The notes beneath the pieces were generated by a model that saw nothing but the letters and a program-made list of their open reading frames with translations, ran no database searches and had not been told where the DNA came from. Position numbers and translations under genes: made by a program. This document shows positions 8,411 to 17,070 of a stretch of DNA of 64,000 nt, piece by piece. The stretch is from Candidatus Latescibacterota bacterium (GTDB lineage: Bacteria; Latescibacterota; UBA2968). Position 1 is the stretch's first letter; each line of letters begins with the position of its first letter. Location of the stretch: positions 2,016,001 through 2,080,000 of the forward strand of contig OZ242311.1 in the NCBI GenBank assembly GCA_965207885.1, in the 5' to 3' direction.

Positions 8411-11400
8411 TTAAGGACGTTTGATCCCCAGTTTTTTCATTTTGCCATACAGGGTAGAAGGCGGTAATCTTAGCAGTGCCGCTGCGCCCCTATTCCCGCT
8501 TATCTGATAGTTGGCGATTTTGAGCACTTCGAGAATATAGTGTCGCTCATATTCATCCAAAGGCACGACTTCGCGGTCCTGAGAAACTGTCACGGTGCGC
8601 CTTTTAGGATCAAGATCCGGACCTGTGATTCGGAAACCATACAGTCCTAGATCACCCACTTCGATTTGAGAACCGCGACACACGATGACGGCTCGCTGTA
8701 TCGTATGTTCCAGTTCCCGCACATTGCCAGGCCAATCGCAGGCTTGCAACACCTCGATAACCTCTGGCGTCAAAGGGGCTATTTGCTTGCCCAAATGTGT
8801 GGCCATGCGATTTTTGAAAAACTCAGCGAGGTGCGGGATATCCTCCTTGCGCTCGCGCAAGGGAGGGAGATAGATTGGAAAAACCTGGAAACGATAATAC
8901 AGATCCTCGCGGAATGCTCCTGAACTGACCAGTTCCTCAAGATTGCGATTCGTCGCTGCCACAATGCGCGCCTGCACCGACAGCGTCTCGCTACCTCCAA
9001 CGCGCTCAAATGTACCCTCTTCCAGTAATCGCAACATCCTGACCTGTGTTTGCGGAGCCATATCGCTGACCTCGTCCAAAAAGAGCGTACCGCCCTTAGC
9101 CAGTTCTACCTTGCCCAATCTGCGAGACACTGCACTGGTAAACGCTCCCTTTTCGTGACCAAAAAGCTCACTGTCGATCAGCGTTGCTGGCAATGCTCCG
9201 CAGTTGACCTGTATAAAAGGTCCATCGCTATTGGGACTCTGCGCGTGTAACACCCGCGCAGCCAATCCCTTGCCTACACCCGTCTCGCCTATAAACAGCA
9301 CGGACAGATCAGTGGGTACTACCTTTCTAAGTTGGAATTGAAACTGTTGCAAAACCTCGCTCTGACCGATAAACTCGTTACTCCCCTGGTTATTGAGTGT
9401 CGCAGTCAGGCCCTCAATACGCGGATCTGGCTCTACAGAGAGTTGAATTTGCGCGATCTCTGAGTAATTGAGGTCGCGATCTATCGCTCTGACCTGAAAC
9501 GTGTACTCGCCCGGTGGCAAGTTCTGATAATGTGCCCTCATTTCTCGGGTCGCAGGCTGCCAGTTGGGGTCGTATCCCTTCAGGCGATAGATATAGAGCA
9601 TGTCGCGGGGATGGGTAGAAAAACTCAGGCTCTTGTATTCAAAAATTACATCTTGATCCATCGTAGAGACGATGTCTTCCTTCGGGTTCTCATAGACCTG
9701 ACCAGCGACAACTTGAATCAGGCGAATCATGGGCGGCGTCTTTCGCAGGCGGTAGCGCACCAGCGTGTTTTGGGCTGTACCGAAATAGAAGGCGCCATCG
9801 CGGTCTTCGAGTATTTTAAGCACCGGTCCTATGTGCGGTGATTTGATGGTCTGGAAAAGCTGGCCATCGTAGTGAACTACGCCGCCGTCTGTGCCGAGCC
9901 AGAGGCGACCTTGAGAGTCCTCAAGCAAGCAATGGATGCGGTTGTTCGGCAAACCGTCTTCAGTCGTGAAGGTCTGGAAGGTGCTACCATTAAAACAGGC
10001 AAGACCGCCCTGGGTCGCCACCCACAGGTTGCCATGGCGGTCTAATAGCAGGTCACTGACCCTGTCATTGATCAGCCCGTCTTCAACCCCGTAAAATTTG
10101 AGGTCATCTTTGGGATGCCAGCGTGCGAAGCCCTTGTCGATGTCAGAGAAATGTTGATGAGCGAGATAAAAATAGACCTCGCCATTGCGCCCGGTAATCA
10201 CAGTACCGATGTAGCTGAAAGGATCCTTATTTTTATCTTTTACAATAATGGTTTGGAACTGCTCACCCCGCTGACAAGTGAGTCTCAAAGGACTGGCAAA
10301 AAGTGCTCTTTTTTCTTTGTCTTTTTTATTTTCCCAATGACCGAAAAGAAATTGCCCTTCCCGATCCTGGGCAATTGCACAAACACTGCTTGAACCTGCG
10401 GTTGTTTGCATTTTTTTTATCTTCTGCCCATCGTAGCGGAATAAGCCATTGATGCCGCCAAACCACAGATACCCGTCGTGGTCTTCGTAGATGGCAAAAC
10501 AGTTATTGATATCAAAATCATCCTCAGGGCCTATCAGGTCAATGGCCTCCCCATCAAAGCGAAAGACGCTATTGCTTTGATATGTAAAAACAGGAGACAC
10601 AGACCCCACCCATATATCACCGCGACTGTCTTGCACGATCTGCGAGACCTCACTCACGCTTTCAGAAGCCCTTGCACTGAAGTCGAAAACGCTGATACTA
10701 TGCGCATCGTAAAGACCGACACCACCCCACGTAGCAAACCAATACTGATGTTCGCGATCCTGGAACACGGCTTTGACTGCGGGATGGGGCAACCCATCGG
10801 GAGGCGTAAACTTGCTGAACCCATCACCGTCCTGATAGAGCACGCCTTCTGAGGTGCAAAACCACATCCGACCTTCTCGATCGCATTGAATTTTGCGCAG
10901 TGGACTACCCAAATCTACCTGAACAGGCTGGAAATTGCCATCGGCATAGCACCAGAGTTCGTTCTGATGTCCACGTTGACCAAACCACACCTTACCGGTA
11001 TCGTCCTGCCCCACCGCATAGCTTATATCGACTGTGGGAACCCCCTCTTTCTCTTCATAGCGATGGAAGGAAGTGCCATCAAAGCGAATGAGGTGGTTAA
11101 AGCCAAACCACAGGTGGCCTTTCGGGTCCTGGGCAATGCCCCGACACTGTTTACGACGAAGTAGCGGCTCGTAGTGCTTAAGATAGAGCGGCATCAGGTC
11201 GTGGAACACAGTCCCGTCGTAATATCCCAGGGTCCTGTGACCGCCACACCATATACGCCCCTCACGATCTTCGTAGATGAACTGCACAGCGCGGCCTGCG
11301 ATCCCCTCATCTTCCAAATGATGGAAATTTGTCCCATCGTACCAGCAGACCCCATTTCGTGTACCAAACCACAACCGATCACGTCTGTCCTTTTGAACAA

Positions 11401-11617
11401 AATAAATACTATCATTAATAAGACCGTCCTGTTGCGTAAAATTTCGAAACTCGTCTCCATCAAAGCGACTAACGCCGTTATCACAGGTGGCGAACCAGAG
11501 ATAGCCCGCGCTGTCTTCGGCAATGTGTTCAATGCGCATCCCGGCCAGACCATCGGCTATAGAATAAGTCCGCCAGGTGCCTTTGCGGTTAAGTGATTGG
11601 ATCATAAAAATCCCCAT
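8411..11617 (-). CDS. sigma54-dependent enhancer-binding protein with N-terminal two-component-regulator propeller repeats and Y_Y_Y domain (paralog 1)
   Basis: DxxGxLWF propeller repeats; YIYRLKGYD...[15 protein letters not shown] (Y_Y_Y); GETGVGK Walker [27 protein letters not shown]; C-terminal Fis-type HTH. Start may be ATG 11605 by homology with paralog 2. Confidence 0.92.
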   Translation of the reverse strand: MGIFMIQSLNRKGTWRTYSIADGLAGMRIEHIAEDSAGYLWFATCDNGVSRFDGDEFRNFTQQDGLINDSIYFVQKDRRDRLWFGTRNGVCWYDGTNFHHLEDEGIAGRAVQFIYEDREGRIWCGGHRTLGYYDGTVFHDLMPLYLKHYEPLLRRKQCRGIAQDPKGHLWFGFNHLIRFDGTSFHRYEEKEGVPTVDISYAVGQDDTGKVWFGQRGHQNELWCYADGNFQPVQVDLGSPLRKIQCDREGRMWFCTSEGVLYQDGDGFSKFTPPDGLPHPAVKAVFQDREHQYWFATWGGVGLYDAHSISVFDFSARASESVSEVSQIVQDSRGDIWVGSVSPVFTYQSNSVFRFDGEAIDLIGPEDDFDINNCFAIYEDHDGYLWFGGINGLFRYDGQKIKKMQTTAGSSSVCAIAQDREGQFLFGHWENKKDKEKRALFASPLRLTCQRGEQFQTIIVKDKNKDPFSYIGTVITGRNGEVYFYLAHQHFSDIDKGFARWHPKDDLKFYGVEDGLINDRVSDLLLDRHGNLWVATQGGLACFNGSTFQTFTTEDGLPNNRIHCLLEDSQGRLWLGTDGGVVHYDGQLFQTIKSPHIGPVLKILEDRDGAFYFGTAQNTLVRYRLRKTPPMIRLIQVVAGQVYENPKEDIVSTMDQDVIFEYKSLSFSTHPRDMLYIYRLKGYDPNWQPATREMRAHYQNLPPGEYTFQVRAIDRDLNYSEIAQIQLSVEPDPRIEGLTATLNNQGSNEFIGQSEVLQQFQFQLRKVVPTDLSVLFIGETGVGKGLAARVLHAQSPNSDGPFIQVNCGALPATLIDSELFGHEKGAFTSAVSRRLGKVELAKGGTLFLDEVSDMAPQTQVRMLRLLEEGTFERVGGSETLSVQARIVAATNRNLEELVSSGAFREDLYYRFQVFPIYLPPLRERKEDIPHLAEFFKNRMATHLGKQIAPLTPEVIEVLQACDWPGNVRELEHTIQRAVIVCRGSQIEVGDLGLYGFRITGPDLDPKRRTVTVSQDREVVPLDEYERHYILEVLKIANYQISGNRGAAALLRLPPSTLYGKMKKLGIKRP

Positions 11618-11684
11618 GATACAGGTAAAAATTTAGTTCATAGTGGGGCTCCTTTCTAACTACTGAGAAGGTAACCGCCAAAAC

Positions 11685-11814
11685 GATGCTGTTGCCGAAT
11701 TAGTCAAGAGGGAGTCTGCGGTTGGAAAAATGGCTATTTGTGGCCTGAATGCAGGCTCTGTAAGCCCTATGTTTAGTTGTATTGAGATAGAATTCGGAAT
11801 TCGGCAACAGCATC
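11685..11814. mobile_element. MITE-like element, 130 bp, perfect 17-bp terminal inverted repeats, 6-bp target-site duplication
   Basis: GATGCTGTTGCCGAATT (11685-11701) / AATTCGGCAACAGCATC (11798-11814); CAAAAC flanks both sides (11679-11684, 11815-11820). Confidence 0.85.
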
Positions 11815-11839
11815 CAAAACGGGTCAAGTCCACTAACAC

Positions 11840-12163
11840 TTACAAGTCCTCGACTCTTTCGTACTCATTACGGGCACGACGTAATAATCCCGTCTTCTTA
11901 GTATCAACGACAGGACGAGTTTCCACATTATTCGTAACGGACATTGCCAAAGCCACAACCCATCCAATAAACGTCCATCCAAGAAATAAATTGATTACCA
12001 GGATGGAGGCTCGGTTTCTATGGTATCGAAAAAACGCAGTAATTGCCGGAGCGAAGTAAAGTGCCAGTAAGAGCACCAAAATAAACTGACCCATCCCGGT
12101 ATTTAACAAAGTGTCCCTGAGATCTGACAAGGCTAAATACAACATTAATAAGTCATAATACAT
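11840..12163 (-). CDS. Superinfection immunity-like membrane protein (T4 Imm family)
   Basis: LYFAPAITAFFRYHRNRASILVINLFLGWTFIGWVVALAMS matches the family pattern YFLPxIIA..R.H.....I..NLFLGWTxIGWxxAL. Confidence 0.8.
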   Translation of the reverse strand: MYYDLLMLYLALSDLRDTLLNTGMGQFILVLLLALYFAPAITAFFRYHRNRASILVINLFLGWTFIGWVVALAMSVTNNVETRPVVDTKKTGLLRRARNEYERVEDL

Positions 12164-12220
12164 ATCTAATTTCTCATCGTGTAGTTTGATAAGAAATAAA
12201 CCGACAAGCCTTTAACATCA

Positions 12221-12384
12221 AAAAGAGTGGGTTATGGTTTGCTGGACCATTCCTGCTCTATATGTTGCGGCAGAAGGCCACAGGCTGACTACCAATCCGA
12301 CTGGGACCTTTTGACGTTTTTGCTGAGAAATATCACGGCTGATTCTCTGAGCATCAAAACAGTTCAAATTTTGGGTCACATATT
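12221..12384 (-). ncRNA. Conserved structured 5' leader, copy D
   Basis: Same hairpin and loop; downstream of the sigma54 promoter at 12411-12427. Confidence 0.6.
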
Positions 12385-12410
12385 CTTCTTTGCGAAATAA
12401 CTCTAAACTA

Positions 12411-12427
12411 TGCAATATCCGTGCCAA
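12411..12427 (-). promoter_or_regulatory. sigma54 (-24/-12) promoter
   Basis: TTGGCACGGATATTGCA, a perfect match to YTGGCACGRNNNTTGCW. Confidence 0.9.
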
Positions 12428-12524
12428 AGTGATTTTTCACAAGATAATTTTAATCATAACGTGTTATTTATGTTGAATTAATTAAAAGAGGAGATATATA
12501 AATCAGTCTGAAATTTTATATTCT

Positions 12525-12566
12525 CAATCACCATATATCGCGATATTTAACCATATATGATGATTG
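12525..12566. promoter_or_regulatory. Putative enhancer (UAS) dyad
   Basis: CAATCACCATATAT-N14-ATATATGATGATTG (13/14 dyad), at nearly the same distance from the promoter as 4904-4945. Confidence 0.65.
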
Positions 12567-12582
12567 CCGATATTAACAGAAC

Positions 12583-15500
12583 TTAAGAGAATTTGATTCC
12601 CAGTTTTCTCATTTTGCCATACAGGGTAGAAGGCGGTAGTCCCAGCAGTACCGCTGCTCCCCTATCCCCACTTATCTGATAGTTGGTGATTTTGAGTACT
12701 TCGAGAATATAGTGTCGCTCATATTCGTCCAAAGGCACGACTTCGCGGTCTTGAGAAACTGTCACGGTGCTCCTCTTAAGATCAGGAGTCGGGCCTTCGA
12801 TTCGCAAACCATGCAGTCCGAGATCCCGCACTTCGATTTGCGAACCGTGACACACGATTACGGCTCGCTGTATCGTATGCTCCAGTTCACGCACATTGCC
12901 AGGCCAATCGTAACTTTGCAATACCTTTATAACTTCTGGCTCGAGGGGAGCTATTTGTTTACCCAGGTGTGTAGCCATGCGATGCTTGAAAAACTCAGAT
13001 AGGTCCGGTATATCTTCCTTGCGCTCGCGCAGTGGAGGTAGAAGAATTGGAAAAACCTGGAAACGATAATACAGATCCTCGCGGAAAATACCTGTGCTAA
13101 CCATATCCTCCAAATTGCGATTCGTCGCAGCCACAATGCGCGCCTGTATCGATAGTGTCTCGCTACCTCCAACGCGCTCATAAGTGCCCTCTTCCAGCAA
13201 GCGCAACATCCTGGCCTGTGTTCCCACAGCCATATCGCTGACCTCGTCTAAAAAGAGCGTGCCGCCCTTAGCCAGTTCTACTTTGCCCAGCCTGAGAGAC
13301 TCTGCGCCGGTAAACGCTCCTCGTTCGTGACCAAACAGTTCACTATCGATCAGCGTTTCAGACAGTGCACCGCAGTTGACCTGTATAAAAGGTCCATTAC
13401 AATAGTGACTCTGTGCGTGTAACACCCGCGCAGCCAATCCCTTGCCTACACCCGTCTCGCCTATAATTAGCACCGTTATATCAGTGGGTGCTACCTTTCT
13501 GAGCCGGATCTGAAATTGTTGCAAAACCTCGCTCTGACCGATAAACTCGTTATCCCCCTGATTATTGAGTGTCGCAGTCAGGCCCTCAATACGCGGATCT
13601 GGCTCTACCGAGAGTTGAATCTGCGCCATCTCTGAGTAATTGAGATCACGGTCTATCGCTCTGACCTGAAAGGTGTAGTCTCCCGGTGGCAAGTTCCGGT
13701 AGTAGGCCCGCGTCTTTCGTGTCGCAGGCTGCCAGTCGGGGTCGTATCCTTCAAGACGATAGACATAGAGCATGTCGCTGGGATGGGTGGAAAAACTCAT
13801 CCCCTTATACTCAAAAGTCACCTGTTGGTCTGTCGTAGAGCCGATGCCTTCTTTCGGGTTCTCATAGACCTGATCGGCGACAACTTGAAGCAGACGCACC
13901 CTGGGCGAGGTCTGTCGCAGGCGATAGCGCACCACCGTGTTTTGTGCTGTGCCAAACCAGAAAGATCCATAGCGATCTTCGAGTATTTTGAGCACCGGTC
14001 CTATGTGCGATGACTTGATGGTCTGGAAAAGCTGGCCATCGTAGTGAACCACGCCGCCGTCTGTGCCAAGCCAAAGGTGGCCTTGCGAATCTTCGAACAA
14101 ACAACGGATGGCATTGCTCGGCAGACCATCTTTAGTCGTAAAGTTGTGGAAGGTACTGCCATCAAAGCAACTGAGACCTCTTTGAGTAGCGACCCACAGG
14201 GTGCCATTGCGGTCTTCTATAAGATCGGTGACTCTGTCATCTATCAGTCCGTCTTCAACCTCGTAAAATTTGAGGCCATCTTCGGGATGCCAGCGTGCGA
14301 AGCCCTTGTTCGTGTCGGAGAAATTTTGGTGGATGAGATGAAAATAAACCTCGCCATTGCGCCCGGTAATCACAGTGCCAATGCGGCTGTAAGGATCTTT
14401 ATCTTTTTCCTCTGAAAAAATGGTTTGGAACTGCTCACCTTGCTGACAAATGAGTCTCAATGGGTGGACAAAAAGGTATCTTCTTCTCTTTTTATTTTCG
14501 TTTTCCCAATGACCAAAAAGGAATCTCCCTTGCGAATCCTGATCAATTGCACAAATACTGCCTGAACCTGCGGGTGTTTGCATTTTTTCGAGCTTCTGCC
14601 CTTCGTAGCGAAACAAGCCATTGACGCCGCCAAACCACAGGCATCCATCACGGTCCTCGTAGATGGCAAAACAGTTGTCTATATCGCCATCTTCAGTGCC
14701 TACAAAGTCAAAGTGTTCGCCATCAAAGCGAAAAACGCTTTTCTCCAGACGGTTGAGAAAAGGAGCGGCATATCCGATCCATATATCTCCTCGCCGATCT
14801 TGTACGAGTTGTGAGATTTCACTTACTTCTCTGGATAATTTCGCACTGAGGTCGAAAACGCTGATACTCTGTGCATCGTAGAGCCCAATACCTCCCCAGG
14901 TGGCAAACCAATACTGATATTCGCGATCATGGAATACAGCTTTGACCGCGGGATGGGGCAGGCCATTGTCAGAGGTAAACCTGTTGAACCCATCACCATC
15001 CTGAAAGAACACGCCTTGTGACGTGGAAAACCACATTCGACCTTCACTATCACACTGAATTTTGCGCAGTGTGCCCTCCAAATCTACCTGAACAGACTGA
15101 AAGGAGCCATCTGCATAGCACCAGAGTTTATTTTCGTATTCGCGATAGCCGATCCACACCTTACCGGTATGGTCCTGCCCCACAGCATAGCTCGTCAGAA
15201 TGCGTGGCGGAAACCCCTCTTCCTCTTCATAGCGATGGAAGGATTGACCGTCAAAGCGGATGAGGTAGTTAAAACCAAACCACAGGTGGCCTTTCGGATC
15301 CTGGGCAATTCCCCGGCACTGGTTGGACCACTGTGGTGAAGGAGGTTTCTCGTAGTGCTGAAGATAGAGTGGGATCAGGTCGTGAAACACAGTGCCGTCG
15401 TAATATCCCAGAGTGCGATGACCACCACACCATATACGCCCCTCACGGTCTTCGTAGATGGACTGCACGGCACGGCCTGCAATCCCGTCATCCTCCAGAT

Positions 15501-15786
15501 AGTGGAAATCTGCTCCGTCATACCAGCAGACCCCATTTAGTGTACCAAACCACAACCGATCACGATTGTCCTGTAAAACAAAATGAACGCAGTCATCCAC
15601 AAGACCATCCTGTCGCGTAAAATTCTGAAACTCATCTCCGTCGAAGCGACTGACGCCGTTGTCCCAGGTAGCGAACCAGAGATAGCCTTCGCTATCCTCG
15701 GCGATGTGTTCAATGCGCATCCCGGCCAGGCCATCGGCTATAGAATAAGTCCGCCAGGTGCCCGTGCGATCAAGTGATTTGAGCAT
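12583..15786 (-). CDS. sigma54-dependent enhancer-binding protein with propeller + Y_Y_Y sensor (paralog 2)
   Basis: Colinear and highly similar to 8411-11617; canonical GAFTGA, GETGVGK, HTH. Confidence 0.92.
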   Translation of the reverse strand: MLKSLDRTGTWRTYSIADGLAGMRIEHIAEDSEGYLWFATWDNGVSRFDGDEFQNFTRQDGLVDDCVHFVLQDNRDRLWFGTLNGVCWYDGADFHYLEDDGIAGRAVQSIYEDREGRIWCGGHRTLGYYDGTVFHDLIPLYLQHYEKPPSPQWSNQCRGIAQDPKGHLWFGFNYLIRFDGQSFHRYEEEEGFPPRILTSYAVGQDHTGKVWIGYREYENKLWCYADGSFQSVQVDLEGTLRKIQCDSEGRMWFSTSQGVFFQDGDGFNRFTSDNGLPHPAVKAVFHDREYQYWFATWGGIGLYDAQSISVFDLSAKLSREVSEISQLVQDRRGDIWIGYAAPFLNRLEKSVFRFDGEHFDFVGTEDGDIDNCFAIYEDRDGCLWFGGVNGLFRYEGQKLEKMQTPAGSGSICAIDQDSQGRFLFGHWENENKKRRRYLFVHPLRLICQQGEQFQTIFSEEKDKDPYSRIGTVITGRNGEVYFHLIHQNFSDTNKGFARWHPEDGLKFYEVEDGLIDDRVTDLIEDRNGTLWVATQRGLSCFDGSTFHNFTTKDGLPSNAIRCLFEDSQGHLWLGTDGGVVHYDGQLFQTIKSSHIGPVLKILEDRYGSFWFGTAQNTVVRYRLRQTSPRVRLLQVVADQVYENPKEGIGSTTDQQVTFEYKGMSFSTHPSDMLYVYRLEGYDPDWQPATRKTRAYYRNLPPGDYTFQVRAIDRDLNYSEMAQIQLSVEPDPRIEGLTATLNNQGDNEFIGQSEVLQQFQIRLRKVAPTDITVLIIGETGVGKGLAARVLHAQSHYCNGPFIQVNCGALSETLIDSELFGHERGAFTGAESLRLGKVELAKGGTLFLDEVSDMAVGTQARMLRLLEEGTYERVGGSETLSIQARIVAATNRNLEDMVSTGIFREDLYYRFQVFPILLPPLRERKEDIPDLSEFFKHRMATHLGKQIAPLEPEVIKVLQSYDWPGNVRELEHTIQRAVIVCHGSQIEVRDLGLHGLRIEGPTPDLKRSTVTVSQDREVVPLDEYERHYILEVLKITNYQISGDRGAAVLLGLPPSTLYGKMRKLGIKFS

Positions 15787-15903
15787 AATAAAACCTTATG
15801 ATACAGGTGAAAATTTTAGTTCACATCGGATAACACATCACGACTATAAACCCTTCTTAATCTATGTATTTTCATAACCAAATTTTAAGGAAAATGTTGC
15901 GAT

Positions 15904-15957
15904 TTACGAATCTCTTTCCCTGAAGAGTTGAACTGAAACAATCTGGTTTTTCATCAT
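15904..15957 (-). CDS. Possible 17-aa uORF/leader peptide MMKNQIVSVQLFRERDS
   Basis: AAGAGGT SD 6 nt before ATG, just downstream of leader copy E; very short. Confidence 0.3.
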   Translation of the reverse strand: MMKNQIVSVQLFRERDS

Positions 15958-16004
15958 ATTATTACCTCTTGATTTTTGAATTTTAAAACTATACATTTAA
16001 AAAT

Positions 16005-16105
16005 AGAGTGGGTTATGGTTTGTTGGACCATTCCTGCTCTGTATGTTGCGGCAGGGGGCCACAGGCTGACTACCAATCCGACATGGCCTTCTGCCGTTTT
16101 TGCTG
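16005..16105 (-). ncRNA. Conserved structured 5' leader, copy E
   Basis: Same hairpin and invariant loop; AT-rich upstream flank without a sigma54 box. Confidence 0.55.
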
Positions 16106-16198
16106 CAATGAAAAAATAAAATAAATTTGTGTTTTTTTAATCTGATACTAAATAAAGTAAAAGTCAAGATTTTCTATATTGTTACCCGTTTTTTATGA

Positions 16199-16232
16199 GA
16201 AAAGGGCGCGTTCAAAACGCGCCCTTATTTTT
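16199..16232. terminator. Intrinsic terminator after the PIG-L gene
   Basis: AAGGGCGCGTT-CAA-AACGCGCCCTT hairpin with A/T tracts on both sides. Confidence 0.7.
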
Positions 16233-16242
16233 GTCCGTGGAT

Positions 16243-17061
16243 TTAAAAAAAGGGGAAAAGTTTTGGGATGTTGTCATTTGTGAGCGCGCTGCCGTATTCA
16301 CAGCCTTCAAATGCTTCGGCATATTGGACTTTTGAGCCGCGTTCTTGTCCGTAGTATTTGATCAATAGATCGCGATAGCGATCCGCTACGGTGTGAAATT
16401 GATTGAGGCGATGCCGCAACCATTCGCGGCGGTTTTGTGGGGATTCGGGTACCTGATTGAGGTGGCCCGCGTTAAAGGGCAACCATTCGTACATTTGCGA
16501 TGTGTGGCAGTGTAGCATGTCGAGTTTTTTGTCGATGACATCGTCTATGGCTATGACGACATCGGGAGAGAAAGGTTGCGGTTTTTGGAAGTTGTCGCTC
16601 AGGTACGCGATGACGGGGTTGTACGACAGGGCGGGGGTGTCTGTGCAGATGTTGGGCACGGTGACCATGTATGCCGAGTCCTGGACGAGGATGGATGTGT
16701 AGCGGTGATCGGGATGGTAGTCGTTGGGGCGATGGGTCAGGAGGAGGTCCGGCGTATAGTTGCGAATCAGGCGGATAATTTTTTTGCGATTTTCAAGGGT
16801 GGGTTCAAGTTCGCCGTCGTGGTTGTCGATTACGTGGTATTCAATGCCAGCGACTGCACCTGCTGCCTGGGTTTCGGCGCGGCGGCGACGGGCGAGTTCA
16901 ACGCCGCCAATTTCGTGATGGCCCGCGTCGCCGTTGGTGACAGAGACAAATTTTACCTCGTGCCCGAGGTTTGCGTATTTGATGGCGATGCCGCCCGCTT
17001 TGATATCGCAATCGTCGGGGTGGGCGCCAAAGACGATGATTTTCAGGGAGTGATTGTTCAT
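16243..17061 (-). CDS. PIG-L/LmbE family deacetylase
   Basis: GAHPDDCD, VTNGDAG and HPDH motifs. Confidence 0.9.
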   Translation of the reverse strand: MNNHSLKIIVFGAHPDDCDIKAGGIAIKYANLGHEVKFVSVTNGDAGHHEIGGVELARRRRAETQAAGAVAGIEYHVIDNHDGELEPTLENRKKIIRLIRNYTPDLLLTHRPNDYHPDHRYTSILVQDSAYMVTVPNICTDTPALSYNPVIAYLSDNFQKPQPFSPDVVIAIDDVIDKKLDMLHCHTSQMYEWLPFNAGHLNQVPESPQNRREWLRHRLNQFHTVADRYRDLLIKYYGQERGSKVQYAEAFEGCEYGSALTNDNIPKLFPFF

Positions 17062-17070
17062 GGTAGTTCC

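Noticed and set aside
12218-12427. 69-aa ORF (also 4542..4829 +) spanning the leader and promoter
   Set aside because: It starts inside the -24 box and the frame is not conserved among copies.
1953-16105. Five-copy repeat as a CRISPR array, integron attC sites or tRNA
   Set aside because: Copies are kilobases apart with no spacers or cas genes. They lie 5' of genes and run into the SD, lack clear RYYYAAC/GTTRRRY ends, no integrase is present, and no cloverleaf forms.
16139-16167. sigma70 promoter upstream of leader E (minus TTGACT-N17-CAGATT)
   Set aside because: Good -35 but weak -10 in very AT-rich DNA; not supportable without TSS data.
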